A DNA stretch of 64,000 nucleotides, taken from positions 2,666,001-2,730,000 of the forward strand of contig CATNEN010000005.1 in the NCBI GenBank assembly GCA_950097015.1, read 5' to 3'. The notes beneath the pieces were generated by a model. It was not told the origin of the DNA. It saw only the letters and a program-made list of their open reading frames with translations, and made no database searches. Below, one piece after another: positions 34,455-47,344 of the stretch. The first letter of the stretch is position 1. Every line of letters starts with the position of its first letter. Position numbers and translations under genes: made by a program. This stretch comes from Macrostomum hystrix (taxonomy: Eukaryota > Animalia > Platyhelminthes).

Positions 34455-37400
34455 CTAAAACGCGCCATTTTTGTTCCCTGCGGCGTTGGCAGCGTAGCCA
34501 CAATCAGCATCGCCATCACTGTCGCCGTTCTCCATGGCTACCCGAGCCACGTAATGACTGGCGCAGAACTGAGCAATCCTGCTGCAGGCCTCGGCCATCA
34601 TTTCGATGGGCACCGTGAGCACTATGCGAAAGAACATGCCGATCTCGAAGCAGCGAGACGGCAAGCAAAATACAGATTGCTCTGTTACTAGGCGCTCTGT
34701 GAATGCCATCTCATCGGGAAATTCGGGATATTCCGCAGCGGAGAAGCCCACCATCATGTACATGGCGCCCTCCGGCATCACTGGCTTTAGGCCGGGAATC
34801 GCGCTCAGCTTCTCAAAGCAGAGTCTGGCATTCTCTTCGATGCACCTAAGCGTGGAGGCGTAGAACTCTGGCGGTGTGTGCTCAAGGATCTCCGGAATGG
34901 CGGCCTGCGACGTTTTTGGTTTTCGTTTGTTTTTATGGGATTTTTAATGGAGATAGAGTTAAAAGCAAATGAGAAGAGAAAGGGAAGAGAATAGGAAGAG
35001 AATAGGAAGAGAATAGGAAGAGAATAGGAAGAGAATGGGAAGAGAATAGGAAGAGAATAGGAAGAGAATAGGAAGAGAATGGGAAGAGAATAGGAAGAGA
35101 ATGGGAAGAGAATAGGAAGAGAATGGGAAGAGAATAGGATGATAGTAGGAAGAGAATGGGAAGATAGTAAGAAGAGAATGGGAAGAGAATGGGAAGATAG
35201 TAGGAAGAGAATGGGATGATAGTAGGAAGAGAATGGGAAGAGAATAGGAAGAGAATGGGAAGAGAATAGGAAGAGAATGGGAAGAGAATAGGAAGAGAAT
35301 GGGAAGAGAATAGGAAGAGAATGGGAAGAGAATAGGATGATAGTAGGAAGAGAATGGGAAGATAGTAAGAAGAGAATGGGAAGAGAATGGGAAGATAGTA
35401 GGAAGAGAATGGGATGATAGTAGGAAGAGAATGGGAAGAGAATGGAATTGGGAAGAGAGTAGGAAGAGAATGGGATGATAGTAGGAAGAGAATGGGAAGA
35501 GAATGGATTGGGAAGAGAGTAGGAAGAGAATGGGAAGATAGTAGGAAGAAGAATGGGAAGATAGTAGGAAGAAGAATGGGAAGATAGTAGGAAGAGAATG
35601 GGAAGATAGTAGGAAGAAGAATGGGAAGATAGTAGGAAGAGAATGGGAAGATAGTAGGAAGAAGAATGGGAAGATAGTAGGAAGAAGAATGGGAAGATAG
35701 TAGGAAGAGAATGGGAAGAGAAGAGGAAGAGAATAGAAAGAATGGGAAGATAAAACTGATAATTGAAAGAAATTGGAAAGGTAGAGGGAAGAGATGGTGA
35801 ACAGAGAAGGGGAAGGGGAAGTGAGGGAAGAGACGGGAGATGAGATGAGGGGGCAAACAATATGTCCCCACCTGGCAGACGGTGTTGGGTCCGAGAATCC
35901 TAGTACTCAAAGCCAACAGGCCGCGTCGCACCTCGGCAAAGTGGCCTCGGCAGTCGTACACCACAATCCAGCCCTGCCGCCAGCCTGGCACCAGCCAGCG
36001 CTTTGTGAGGCCGCCGCAGCTAAGCACGGGCACGTTGGGATTAACGGAGGCCAGCCAGTGGAATTCGTGCCCGGGGAACACAAAGTGGGCGTAGATCTCG
36101 TCGGCTATGATTGGCACCTGGAATTTCGCCAAAGCGAGATTTTATTGACAACTTTTTGGGTTGCACGATTTTATCATGATTTTATATTTGATGCGCAAGT
36201 AATAATAATAACTGATTACACCTGCCCCAATTGGGCCGAATGTACAGCCGACAGCAAAGCTGCAGCTATTCCGCCGCGCATCTGAAGACTGCGTACGGCT
36301 GTTCAGTCCATGGACTGGGGGGGACGCCACACCCACCCTCAATTACCCTAGCTTATACAAGACTACAACCTCTGTGGTGCGCAAGACACTACTCGTTAGT
36401 AGAAATGTCGGTTTATTCAGTAGGCGCTCACCTTATACCGCTCGGCAATGTGAGCAATAGCCTTTAGGTGCTCCTTGGTGTACACGGAGCCGCACGGATT
36501 AGACGGGTTGTTAACAACGATAGCCGCTGTTCGGTCGTCGATGTTCTCCTCCAGGTGGGCGAGATCCACTTCCCACTGTCTGTCAGACAGCAGGTTGTAT
36601 GATCTCGCCTCAATGCCCGTGGACTCCGCCAGGGTGCGGTAGATTGAAAATCCCGGTCTGGGGATCAGGATGTTGTCACCGGGATTAGCCAGGACACTGA
36701 TGCACAGGTCCAGGGCGGAGGAGCAGCCGGATGTGAGGATCACATCCTGTTCCGTTGGGGATTTGGACACAGGAATATAGTCTAACAGGCGACATAGAAA
36801 ACAATTCTATTTAATTTAAAATGGCATGTTGGATCCCAGTTGGAATGGTAGGTTGAATCCCAGTTGCAATGGTAGGTTGAATCCCAGTTGCAATGGTAGG
36901 TTAAATCCCAGTTGGAATGGTAGGTTGAATCCCAGTTGCAATGGTAGGTTGAATCCCAGTTGCAATGGTAGGTTGAATCCCAGTTGGAATGGTAGGTTGA
37001 ATCCTAGTTGGAATGGTAGGTTGAATCCCAGTTGCAATGGTAGGTTGAATCCCAGTTGCAATGGTAGGTTAAATCCCAGTTGGAATGGTAGGTTGAATCC
37101 TAGTTGGAATGGTAGGTTGAATCCCAGTTGCAATGGTAGGTTAAATCCCAGTTGGAATGGTAGGTTGAATCCCAGTTGAAATGGTAGGTTGAATCCCAGT
37201 TGCAATGGTAGGTTAAATCCCAGTTGGAATGGTAGGTTGAATCCCAGTTGAAATGGTAGGTTGAATCCCAGTTGGAATGGTAGGTTGAATCCCAGTTGCA
37301 ATGGTAGGTTGAATCCCAGTTGGAATGGTAGGTTGAATCCCAGTTGGAATGGTAGGTTGAATCCTAGTTGGAATGGTAGGTTGAATCCCAGTTGCAATGG

Positions 37401-40400
37401 TAGGTTGAATCCCAGTTGCAATGGTAGGTTAAATCCCAGTTGGAATGGTAGGTTGAATCCTAGTTGGAATGGTAGGTTGAATCCCAGTTGCAATGGTAGG
37501 TTAAATCCCAGTTGGAATGGTAGGTTGAATCCCAGTTGAAATGGTAGGTTGAATCCCAGTTGGAATGGTAGGTTGAATCCCAGTTGCAATGGTAGGTTAA
37601 ATCCCAGTTGGAATGGTAGATTAGATCCCAGTTGCAATGGTAGGTTAAATCCCAGTTGGAATGGTAGGTTAAATCCCAGTTGCAATGGTAGGTTAAATCC
37701 CAGTTGGAATGGTAGGTTAAATCCCAGTTGCAATGGTAGGTTAAATCCCAGTTGCAATGGTAGGATAAATCCCAGTTGGAATGGTAGATTAGATCCCAGT
37801 TGCAATGGTAGGATAAATCCCAGTTGGAATGGTAGGCTAAATCCCAGTTGCAATGGTAGGTTAAATCCCAGTTGGAATGGTAGGTTAAATCCCAGTTGCA
37901 ATGGTAGGTTAAATCCCAGTTGCAATGGTAGGATAAATCCCAGTTAGAATGGTAGCTTAAATCCCAGTTAGAATGGTAGCTTAAGTCCCAGTTAGAATGG
38001 TAGATTAGATCCCAGTTGGAATGGTAGCTTAAATCCCAGTTGAAATGGTAGGTTGAATCCCAGTTGAAATGGTAGGTTGAATCCCAGTTGGAATGGTAGG
38101 TTGAATCCCAGTTGCAATGGTAGGTTGAATCCCAGTTGGAATGGTAGCTTAAATCCCAGTTGGAATGGTAGGTTGAATCCCAGTTGCAATGGTAGGTTGA
38201 ATCCTAGTTGGAATGGTAGGTTGAATCCCAGTTGCAATGGTAGGTTGAATCCCAGTTGGAATGGTAGGTTGAATCCCAGTTGCAATGGTAGGTTGAATCC
38301 CAGTTGCAATGGTAGGTTAAATCCCAGTTGGAATGGTAGGTTGAATCCCAGTTGAAATGGTAGGTTGAATCCCAGTTGCAATGGTAGGTTGAATCCCAGT
38401 TGGAATGGTAGCTTAAATCCCAGTTGGAATGGTAGGTTGAATCCCAGTTGCAATGGTAGGTTGAATCCTAGTTGGAATGGTAGGTTGAATCCCAGTTGCA
38501 ATGGTAGGTTGAATCCCAGTTGGAATGGTAGGTTGAATCCCAGTTGCAATGGTAGGTTGAATCCCAGTTGGAATGGTAGGTTGAATCCCAGTTGCAATGG
38601 TAGGTTAAATCCCAGTTGGAATGGTAGGTTGAATCCTAGTTGGAATGGTAGGTTGAATCCCAGTTGCAATGGTAGGTTGAATCCCAGTTGGAATGGTAGG
38701 TTAAATCCCAGTTGCAATGGTAGGTTGAATCCCAGTTGCAATGGTAGGTTGAATCCCAGTTGGAATGGTAGGTTGAATCCCAGTTGAAATGGTAGGTTGA
38801 ATCCCAGTTGCAATGGTAGGTTGAATCCCAGTTGCAATGGTAGGTTGAATCCCAGTTGGTTAAATCCAATTTTAATCCTTTAATTTAAATCCTAGAATCC
38901 TAGATTAACTTACTAAAAAACTACAAACTATTAAAAAATAAATAAAAAGTTTAAATATGCAGAAACTTCCAATTCTTTACTTATTTAATGCTTGCTAAAA
39001 ACTAAAAAAATTCTTAATATTAAAAAAGAAGTTGTTTGACTACTAAATGAAGTTCTTCAACAACTATTTTACCTATCATCATTATGTGACAGCAATCACG
39101 CCATTAGAACGTGACGAAAATTTATACGAATGCATTTCTTCATTCATCCATTGATACTAAGTTAACAGGGGCTACTGCCGGCTTGACCTTTGAAGTTCTA
39201 CAGAGAGTTGACGAAATCGTCACAATGGCTTTACAGAAATTTCTTTCAGTACTACTAAAATTTGCTAACCAATTGAACATTAACCAATTGTCTATTTTTA
39301 AACGGCACGACAAGGTGTGTTAACGTGTAAAGCCTGTGTGTAGGTGAGGTCTGTTTAAATTTTGAAGCACGCAATCAAATCGTGATGTTTCGTTCACCCT
39401 GCCCGTTAAAGACAGCGGGCCCCTGGCCTCATGCACTGCCTGCACGACTCGTTTAGCTAATACGACTTGGTAGGTTAACTAAGATGAATAAACATCACAC
39501 CTGACAATAGTAACTGTAAGATCTGGGACACGGAGAGATGAAACACGTGTGAGATAAGACAGGGGGATGTGAGACACCGGAGAGATCAGGCAGTGGAGAG
39601 ATGAGACAGGGGAGAGATAAGACACGGGAGAGATAAGACACGGGAGAGATGAGACACGGGAGAGATGAGACATTGGAAATATGAGATAGGGGAGAGATAA
39701 GACACGGGAGAGATGAGACACGGGAGAGATAAGACACGGGAGAGATGAGACACGGGAGAGATAAGACACGGGAGAGATAAGACACGGGAGAGATGAGACA
39801 CGGGAGAGATAAGACACGGGAGAGATGAGACACGGGAGAGATAAGACACGGGAGAGATGAGACACGGGAGAGATGAGACATTGGAAATATGAGATAGGGG
39901 AGAGATAAGACACGGGAGAGATGAGACACGGGAGAGATAAGACACGGGAGAGATGAGACACGGGAGAGATGAGACACGGAAGAGATAAGACACGGGAGAG
40001 ATGAGACACGGGAGAGATGAGACACGGGAGAGATGAGACACGGGAGAGATGAGACATTGGAAATATGAGATAGGGGATAGATGAGACACGGGAGAGATGA
40101 GACACGGGAGAGATGAGACACGGGAGAGATGAGACACGGGAGAGATGAGAGGAGAGCTATATGCTTAATTACTCATAATACATAAAAAATGCAGTAAATA
40201 TAAGAAGAAAACGTATAGTTCTCAACTCATTTCAGTGACCTGATTTCGGACAAGTTGGTCGCCACTGTGACACTCAAATGACTCCTATGTATATCAGCCG
40301 CACTGGTCAAAGTTGGTTATATTCTTATCTCGCGCAACTCACGCCACTTGTAAAAAAACGTCAGTTGCTAAGCTGCGGCACAAAAACAAGTTTAAAAACT

Positions 40401-42032
40401 GACGCTACCTATAGGGACCTGGCCTACCTGCCCACGACAGGCAACGTACCCGCAGGTTCACGGGTATGTTGGGGCTAGCTTGAAGGAATTCTGATTATTA
40501 TGAAATAAAGTTAAGAATTTAGTAATAAGTTAGACTAAAACGGGTGGGTGTGTACTCAAGTCACGTGACGACCTAATAGTACTTGTAGTATCTAATTTAT
40601 TTGGCTAGTATTCGAAGAAAGCAGACTAAGCACACTCAAGATGAGATAATTGTTAAAGGGCTCGTTGGTGCTCGACAAGAAAAAACTAGACCGTTAAATT
40701 GGAAGACAAAAAGAAAGATGCGTCATCATCGTTCTAAAGAGAAAAAACAACTCATTAAACGTTCCAGTCTTAGGATTCAGACAAAATTCTATTAATATCG
40801 CCATTGTAAAATAACTGAAAACAACTGTGGCTGAAAAAGATATTTTATGTAAACAAATGATGAATAAAAGGACGGAAATAAAAAAACTAATTAATAGTGG
40901 TAGAAAGAGGGAAAGAACAGGGGAGAAAGAGGCGGGGAATGGGGGAGAAAGAGGCGGGGGATGGGGGAGAAAGAGGCGGGGAATGCGGGAGAAAGAGGCG
41001 GGGAATGGGGGAGAAAGAGGCGGGGAATGGGGGAGAAAGAGGCGGGGAATGGGGGAGAAAGAGGCGGGGAATGGGGGAGAAAGAGGCGGGGAATGCGGGA
41101 GAAAGAGGCGGGGAATGGGGGAGAAAGAGGCGGGGAATGGGGGAGAAAGAGGCGGGGAATGGGGGAGAAAGAGGCGGGGAATGGGGGAGAAAGAGGCGGG
41201 GAATGGGGGAGAAAGAGGCGGGGAATGCGGGAGAAAGAGGCGGGGAATGGGGGAGAAAGAGGCGGGGAATGCGGGAGAAAGAGGCGGGGAATGGGGGAGA
41301 AAGAGGCGGGGAATGGGGGAGAAAGAGGCGGGGAATGGGGGAGAAAGAGGCGGGGAATGGGGGAGAAAGAGGCGGGGAATGGGGGAGAAAGAGGCGGGGA
41401 ATGCGGGAGAAAGAGGCGGGGAATGGGGGAGAAAGAGGCGGGGAATGGGGGAGAAAGAGGCGGGGAATGGGGGAGAAAGAGGCGGGGAATGGGGGAGCAA
41501 TGCTAGCAGAACTCCTCACCTTGGCTTCCAAATTGGGGTAGCCATCGCAAGCGGAATACCTGGCCACCGCCTCCCTGGCAGGCTCGTATCCTACGGACGG
41601 CGCGTAGCCGTTGCACTTGCCGCTGCGCAGCTTCTTATCCACAATGTCCAATAGTTCAACCGGAGGCGATAAATTGCCAAATATAGTGGGATCGCCGATA
41701 GACAGGGCGATCATCTTTTTCTCCGGATTCGGCGTCAGTTTCATTTGGTCGACAATTTTCCTAATCGGATTAGATGTCTGCTGGGCCATGCGACTCATTG
41801 GGCAGTGCCATTGCTCGCGAGTTCGAGTCAGCGGCTTCTTGAAGCTGGAAGAACCGTTGGAATTGGTCACTGAGGTGGGCGGCTGTTCGGGGCGGTACTC
41901 CTTTAAAGGCGGCTCGACTGTGGAGTTTGTTTTTCTTTTTAACGGCACTTTTTGCTGCTGCTGCTGCTGCTGGATGGCCAGTTCGCTTGACTTTCGCATG
42001 ACTGCAAGTCGAATTGTTGATGGCTTAGGCAT
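34455..42032 (-). CDS. TAT: Tyrosine aminotransferase (PLP class I/II), ~507 aa; exons 42032-41520, 36746-36432, 36117-35872, 34904-34455
   Basis: [53 protein letters not shown]-lysine motif [25 protein letters not shown] and EQSVFCLP. All junctions are phase-0 GT-AG. Confidence 0.95.
34970..35735. repeat. Purine-rich ~11-bp microsatellite-like array (GGAAGAGAATR) with block duplications (TAT intron 3)
   Basis: Visible low-complexity periodicity. Confidence 0.9.
36830..38860. repeat. Minisatellite, 24-bp unit ATCCCAGTTGGAATGGTAGGTTGA, ~2 kb (TAT intron 1)
   Basis: Tandem periodicity; the LQLGFNLP and NPSWNGRL ORFs are artefacts. Confidence 0.95.
39520..40150. repeat. Minisatellite, 16-bp unit GAGACACGGGAGAGAT, same family as 1640-3270
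   Basis: Shared core motif, same strand. Confidence 0.92.
40915..41495. repeat. G-rich 22-bp minisatellite AAAGAGGCGGGGAATGGGGGAG (TAT intron 1, next to the donor)
   Basis: Tandem periodicity with G4-5 runs. Confidence 0.95.
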
Positions 42033-42040
42033 CAAAAACT

Positions 42041-42360
42041 AATAATAATAATAATTACAGGAGGGCTGCGGGCAATGGCACATCAGTTGGTGACACGCAG
42101 TCAGCGAGGAGGCAATTCTGCACATTTCGCTGACTGCTGAGCACACGCTCACACAGGTGTGTACATCTGCCCTGACTTTCTCATCGTCTGACATTTCACT
42201 GTGCCTTGGAGGTTGGCCCTCAAGGGGCGTAAATTGCACGACAAGCCACCAAGCCTTCTCTCCGCGGCTGCGCCCCAAATAAATATGGCCTCGCCGCGGA
42301 ATCGAGCTCAGGGACCTTGGTGCGAGAGGCAAACGAGTTAACCGCTCTACCACTGAACCC
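42041..42360 (-). mobile_element. tRNA-derived SINE family A, full length
   Basis: Minus-strand head GGGTTCAGTGGTAGAGCGG...GAGCTCGATTCC (A and B boxes), ~320 bp, (TTA)n tail. Flanking direct repeat AAAACTAAT at 42035-42043 and 42367-42375. Confidence 0.88.
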
Positions 42361-42444
42361 CTGATTAAAAACTAATTAAACCAACCCTTATTTATGGATC
42401 AAGACAAATGTCAAACCGATTTAAACAAATTATACACAAGTAGC

Positions 42445-43000
42445 AAGGCCATGACCAATCTAGGAAACTATATTAGCTAGGCGATGACCTATCTAGAAAA
42501 CTATAGCTAGGCTATGACCTATCTAGGAAACTACAGCTAGGCTATGACCAATCTGGAAACTATATTAGCTAGGCCATGACCTATATAGGAAACTATATTA
42601 GCTAGGCGATGACCTATCTAGGAAACTATAGCTAGGCTATGACCTATCTAGGAAACTATAGCTAGGCTATGACCTATCTAGGAAACTACAGCTAGGCTAT
42701 GACCAATCTGGAAACTATATTAGCTAGGCCATGACCTATCTAGGAAACTATATTAGCTAGGCGATGACCTATCTAGGAAACTATAGCTAGGCGATGACCT
42801 ATCTAGGAAACTACAGCTAGGCTATGACCTATCTAGGAAACTATAGCTAGGCTATGACCTATCTAGGAAACTACAGCTAGGTTATGACCAATCTAGGAAA
42901 CTATAGCTAGGCTATGACCTATCTAGGAAACTACAGCTAGGCTATGACCAATCTAGGAAACTATAGTATATTAGTAGCTAGGCAATGACCGTTTTAGGAA
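42445..43000. repeat. ~30-bp minisatellite GCTAGGCTATGACCTATCTAGGAAACTATA
   Basis: Tandem periodicity. Confidence 0.92.
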
Positions 43001-44974
43001 ACTATATGTCTGATCAGCCTAAAGTCAATTAATTTACTCTAATTTCGAACCTAATCGATAACGACTGTTGAGTTACATTTGAAGGTCATTCGAATTCAGT
43101 CTGCAGTCAATCTTATCTCTATCCCCGATTGAAGCACTCTTTCAAGTGCTGACCACGAGACTGCAAATACAGTTTAAATAGGCCCCAACTTTTAGTTAAC
43201 AAGGAGAAAAGCAAGCACAATAAAATTGTAGTCAGTCCTTGCATTAGATTTAACATAAGATCAAAATGAAATGTTTAACTCGTAACTTCATTAAAGTACA
43301 AGTACGCATTCAGACCCTCCCTGGCAGGGAGTGAAAATACGAGTATAACGTTCTTAAACACGTCTGAACAAGATTCCTCCTATAACTACCAGTATATTGC
43401 GATTTGTCTATTTTTATTCGTAGAGATTAACGAATAAGTTAGCAGTATACAAAATATAAACTTACCTTTTTCAGTTCGATCCACGCAGTTCACAAAGTTT
43501 GTATTAATAATTTAATACTTCGTTAAACTCGAGATGTCTGTATAGCCTTCTTAACAAGGCATTTAATTTATGCAGATGCAGCAGTCCTTTTCTGTTAAAA
43601 CTAGCTAAGAACTAGCTACTAAAGTGCGTATTCTTTCTAAACAACCCGAAAGCTAGCTAGGATTTCAATGAGAATGCTGTAAAAAAGTTTAAAATCTGCA
43701 GAGAAACAACTCTAATTATAAAAAGATCTTAGAAGACTTCACTTCAGGGACTGCGCCGACAACAGTGTGAGCGCTTTTCTTAAATCAAGGCAAGCTTTAA
43801 CTTGAATGAATTAAGAAAATATTGGCCTGACTGGCTCATATGCGTGTGTTAGGGAGAGGACTGGAGAAGTTAAAAATAATAGTCGAAGCCAGCAGTATAA
43901 AAGGCTGGGCTGCTCCGCAAAGCGTGCGCTTTTTGTGTACAGGCGGCGGGCACAGGGGTTTTGGCAAAACCGGTGCAGAGTTTTGAGGTTGTAAAATGCA
44001 GGCACTGGCTTATGGGCTGTTCGGGGTGAGGGGTGGCAATGCACGCGTTTTTTCTAGCGCGGGAGGGTCATAAAACGCGCCGACCCCTTCCTATCCACAA
44101 AGTGCGCTAATTGGTTGGAGTCTCAAGGTCGATGTTGATCACGTGACTAACACACCAAGCCCGTTCTAGCCATTTCAGACGACCAACCCTGTTGTCGCAG
44201 CTGCCTCGATTGTACTTTCCCACCCAATTGACTAAGGAATGAAAATACTAACAAGACAGGGGGTAAGGGAAAATTTCGGTAGGGAAGGAAGGGAGAGTAC
44301 AGAGGAGACACTGGGAAGTGTATAATTTCTAGTATTTCTCTCAGGCAGAGACGTCTAGTATTCCGCACCTAACCATAAATGTAGATCTAATCTCAGATAC
44401 AAGTGTACACGGCGCACAATTTCTATAGACTTAGGACATTTTTGAAAAATTCAGCAACAGCTAAAGCAGCAGATTTTTCTGAATCTGAAGCCAGTCACTT
44501 AGCTAGTTTTATTGAACTTTTCCTACTTCAGGGTGGAGATGATAGAATGGGATAAGAGGGAAATCTGCCAGTAAGAAACTTTAATAGAGTGGAGACTGCA
44601 GGGGAGAAGTAGAGAATATAATTATACTTGAAAATGATTAGGTTAGCAACTTTTAGTCAGTGAATTGTTGTTGCCTTTTTTCGTGTAAAAAAAACAAACA
44701 ATTCAGAAGACTTATAGAGATATTTCAGGTTAAGCCAGTCTTTTATTTAATATTCGATTAGGACTGACTTTTCGCAAACATTAAACACGACAAAGCAAGT
44801 GAGGACGTAGTGTTATCTCACGCTCAGTCTCACGTCAGTGCCATATATCTGAGACTGTATTTATAAGTTATAAAAATTACTAAATTAAGATTAGGAGCTG
44901 TGTGTCTGAGAAACAACGATGGATATATTATGTTGCGAAACTTAAGAATTAAAACTTTGTCTTGATTCATCAAG

Positions 44975-45320
44975 CGGATCCTGAGGAGTGGGGGGGGCGG
45001 ATCCTGAGGAAGTGGGGGCGGATCCTGAGGAGTTGGGGCGGATCCTGAGGAAGTGGAGCGGATCCTAACGGAGTGGGGGCGGACCCTGAAGAGTGGGGGC
45101 GGATCCTGGGGGGAGTGGAGCGGATCCTGAAGAGTGGGGGCGGATCCTGAAGAGTGGGGGCGGATCCTGGGGGAGTGGGGGCGGATCCTAAGGAAGTGGG
45201 AGCGGATTCTGAGGAAGTGGGGGCGGATCCTGAGGAGTGGGGGCGGATCCTAAGGAGTGGGGGCGGATCCTAAGGAAGTGGGGGCGGATCCTGAGGGAGT
45301 GGGGGCGGATCCTGAGGGAG
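44975..45320. repeat. G-rich ~20-21-bp minisatellite GGGGCGGATCCTGAGGAGTG
   Basis: Tandem periodicity. Confidence 0.9.
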
Positions 45321-45846
45321 TTAATGGCGTTAGCATAGAGTTAGCATAGAGGGGGGGGCTGTGATTTTCGAGGCAAGTTGTTACACGAAAAGTAGGAAAA
45401 TTTTCATTAAGCAAGCAAGTTTTTTCAAACAAATTCACGGGACAGAAACATGTTTCATTTTGCTTTAACAAATAGTGCGCGAATTGCAAACATGCCGCTT
45501 ATAGTGTCGACAGTACTATTAAGTCAGTAGCTAGCAATAGAGAGAAAATAATTGTTCTTTTATAATCCCCATATCTGTAGGCATCAGAGGCGAATGAATA
45601 ACAAAAAAATCAGTGCAAAGAACCTATAACCAATGGCTTTTAATGAGATATAAAATAGGCAAATTATGAAGCACATTCTGAAGGTCTTAGACTTAAAGGT
45701 TAAAAGTTGTTCAATGTAAAGCTTTTAGCAACACGACACGACAATAGAACTTCGTAATTAAAAAATAGTTTTTAACCACACATACTACTGAATCAGTGAA
45801 ATATAAGTAGTATATTAATAAAGTTGTTCTCACTAGCCGAATTTAG

Positions 45847-46323
45847 TTAAGCGTCCCAACCGCTATTGTCCTGCCATTCGCCCAGCTGGTTTGAGATCGC
45901 TCCTATTGACGCCTCTTGATACGATAATTGCTGATGATGCTGCTGCTGCTGTTGCTGCTGCTGTTGCCTGGGGCCGATGTAAACTTTTTTAGTCTTGGAA
46001 ACTCGCGGCTCTAAATCTCGCAGCAGAAGATCCTCAGGATTGCTGTTAATTGTGGCGGCAGCAGCATTAGCAGCAGCAGCAGCAGTATGATGACCAGCAG
46101 CTGTCACAGAATGTTCCGTGTTGCCCCAATCATTCCAGGATGTGAAATTGTCTTCTCCTGTAGCTGTAGAAGAAGATTCCAAGCCAGGAGCAGGCCCTGA
46201 CTGCTGCTGACCTCGATGATACATTGGTAGGGGAGTGCCCGACTGGCGCCTCTGCCTCACAATGCTCAGAAAGCAGAGAGCCCGGCGGAATAGGGCCAAC
46301 AGTACGGCCCAAAGCTGGCGAAG
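45847..46323 (-). CDS. EBAG9: EBAG9/RCAS1-like protein coding exon (no in-frame ATG at the exon start)
   Basis: N-terminal hydrophobic LRQLWAVLLALFRRALCFL, then FTSWNDW, DLLLRDLEPRVSKTKKVYIG and LGEWQDNSGW. These match, in order, the EBAG9 blocks WTSW, DYFKDMTPTIRKTQKIVI and LDTWQENTNAW (recalled). Acceptor TTTCCAG at 46324. Confidence 0.7.
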   Translation of the reverse strand, partial: LRQLWAVLLALFRRALCFLSIVRQRRQSGTPLPMYHRGQQQSGPAPGLESSSTATGEDNFTSWNDWGNTEHSVTAAGHHTAAAAANAAAATINSNPEDLLLRDLEPRVSKTKKVYIGPRQQQQQQQQQHHQQLSYQEASIGAISNQLGEWQDNSGWDA

Positions 46324-46369
46324 CTGGAAACACGTGGGATTGCGCGACTTTGGGATTTTGTGTGAACTG

Positions 46370-47002
46370 GGATTTTAAGGGTGAAATCGTATAATCAAAT
46401 GGGATTCTTGTGATAAAATGGGATTCTTAAATTAAAGTAGGATTTCTAGACCAAAATTTAGATTTTTTAGTCAAAAGGGATTTTAGAGTGAAATGAGATT
46501 CTTAGATTCTAATGGGATTCTAGAAAGAAGTGGGATTCTTAGAGAGAAATAGGATTCTAGAAAGAAGTGGGATTCTTAGAATGAAAGTAGATTCTTGAAA
46601 CAAAATGGGGTTCTTAGAGTGAAGTTGGATTCTTAGAGTGAAGTGGGATTCTTAGAGTGAAGTGGGATTCCAAGATTGAAAAGGGATTCTAAGAGTGAAA
46701 TGGGAATCTCGTCATGAAACGGGATTCTAAGAGTGAAATGTGATTCTTAGAGGGAAATGTGATTCTTAGAGTGAAATGTGATTTTCAGAGTGAAACGTGA
46801 TTCTTAGAATGAAATGTGATTCTTAGAGTGAAATGTGATTCTTAGAGTGAAATGTGATTCTTAGAGTGAAATGTGATTCTTAGAGTGAAATGTGATTCTT
46901 AGAGTGAAATGTGATTCTTAGAGTGAAATGTGATTCTTAGAGTGAAATGTGATTCTTAGAGTGAAATGTGATTCTTAGAGTGAAATGTGATTCTTAGAGT
47001 GA
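46370..47002. repeat. 19-bp minisatellite TCTTAGAGTGAAATGTGAT with degenerate flank
   Basis: Tandem periodicity; reverse-complement relative of the 47800-48990 array. Confidence 0.88.
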
Positions 47003-47344
47003 ATAAGGGTTAATAGAGTAAAATTGTATTTTGATATTGAAACAGGGATGGAATGGGATTGCCAAATCTCATTTTATGAGATAGTATTAAGTTATATAAA
47101 ATGAAATTTTGAACCAGTTACATTACGTAAATGAAAAAGTTTTGAAGAAAAAATTAATTCTCATAACACAATTTCATTTATCCATTGTTTACAATTGTTG
47201 TTACAACTAATTTTGTCAATCAAATGCATTTTTTAAAATCAGTTTTTTACTTTTCGGCAACACGTTGAAGCTAACAAGTAATAAACTTACAATCCTACTA
47301 ACAGAGCAAGTAGTAGTAAGTGTAAATTAAGTAACAAATCAAAA

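Noticed and set aside
34805-41654. Low-complexity ORFs ([20 protein letters not shown])
   Set aside because: Intronic tandem repeats of TAT.
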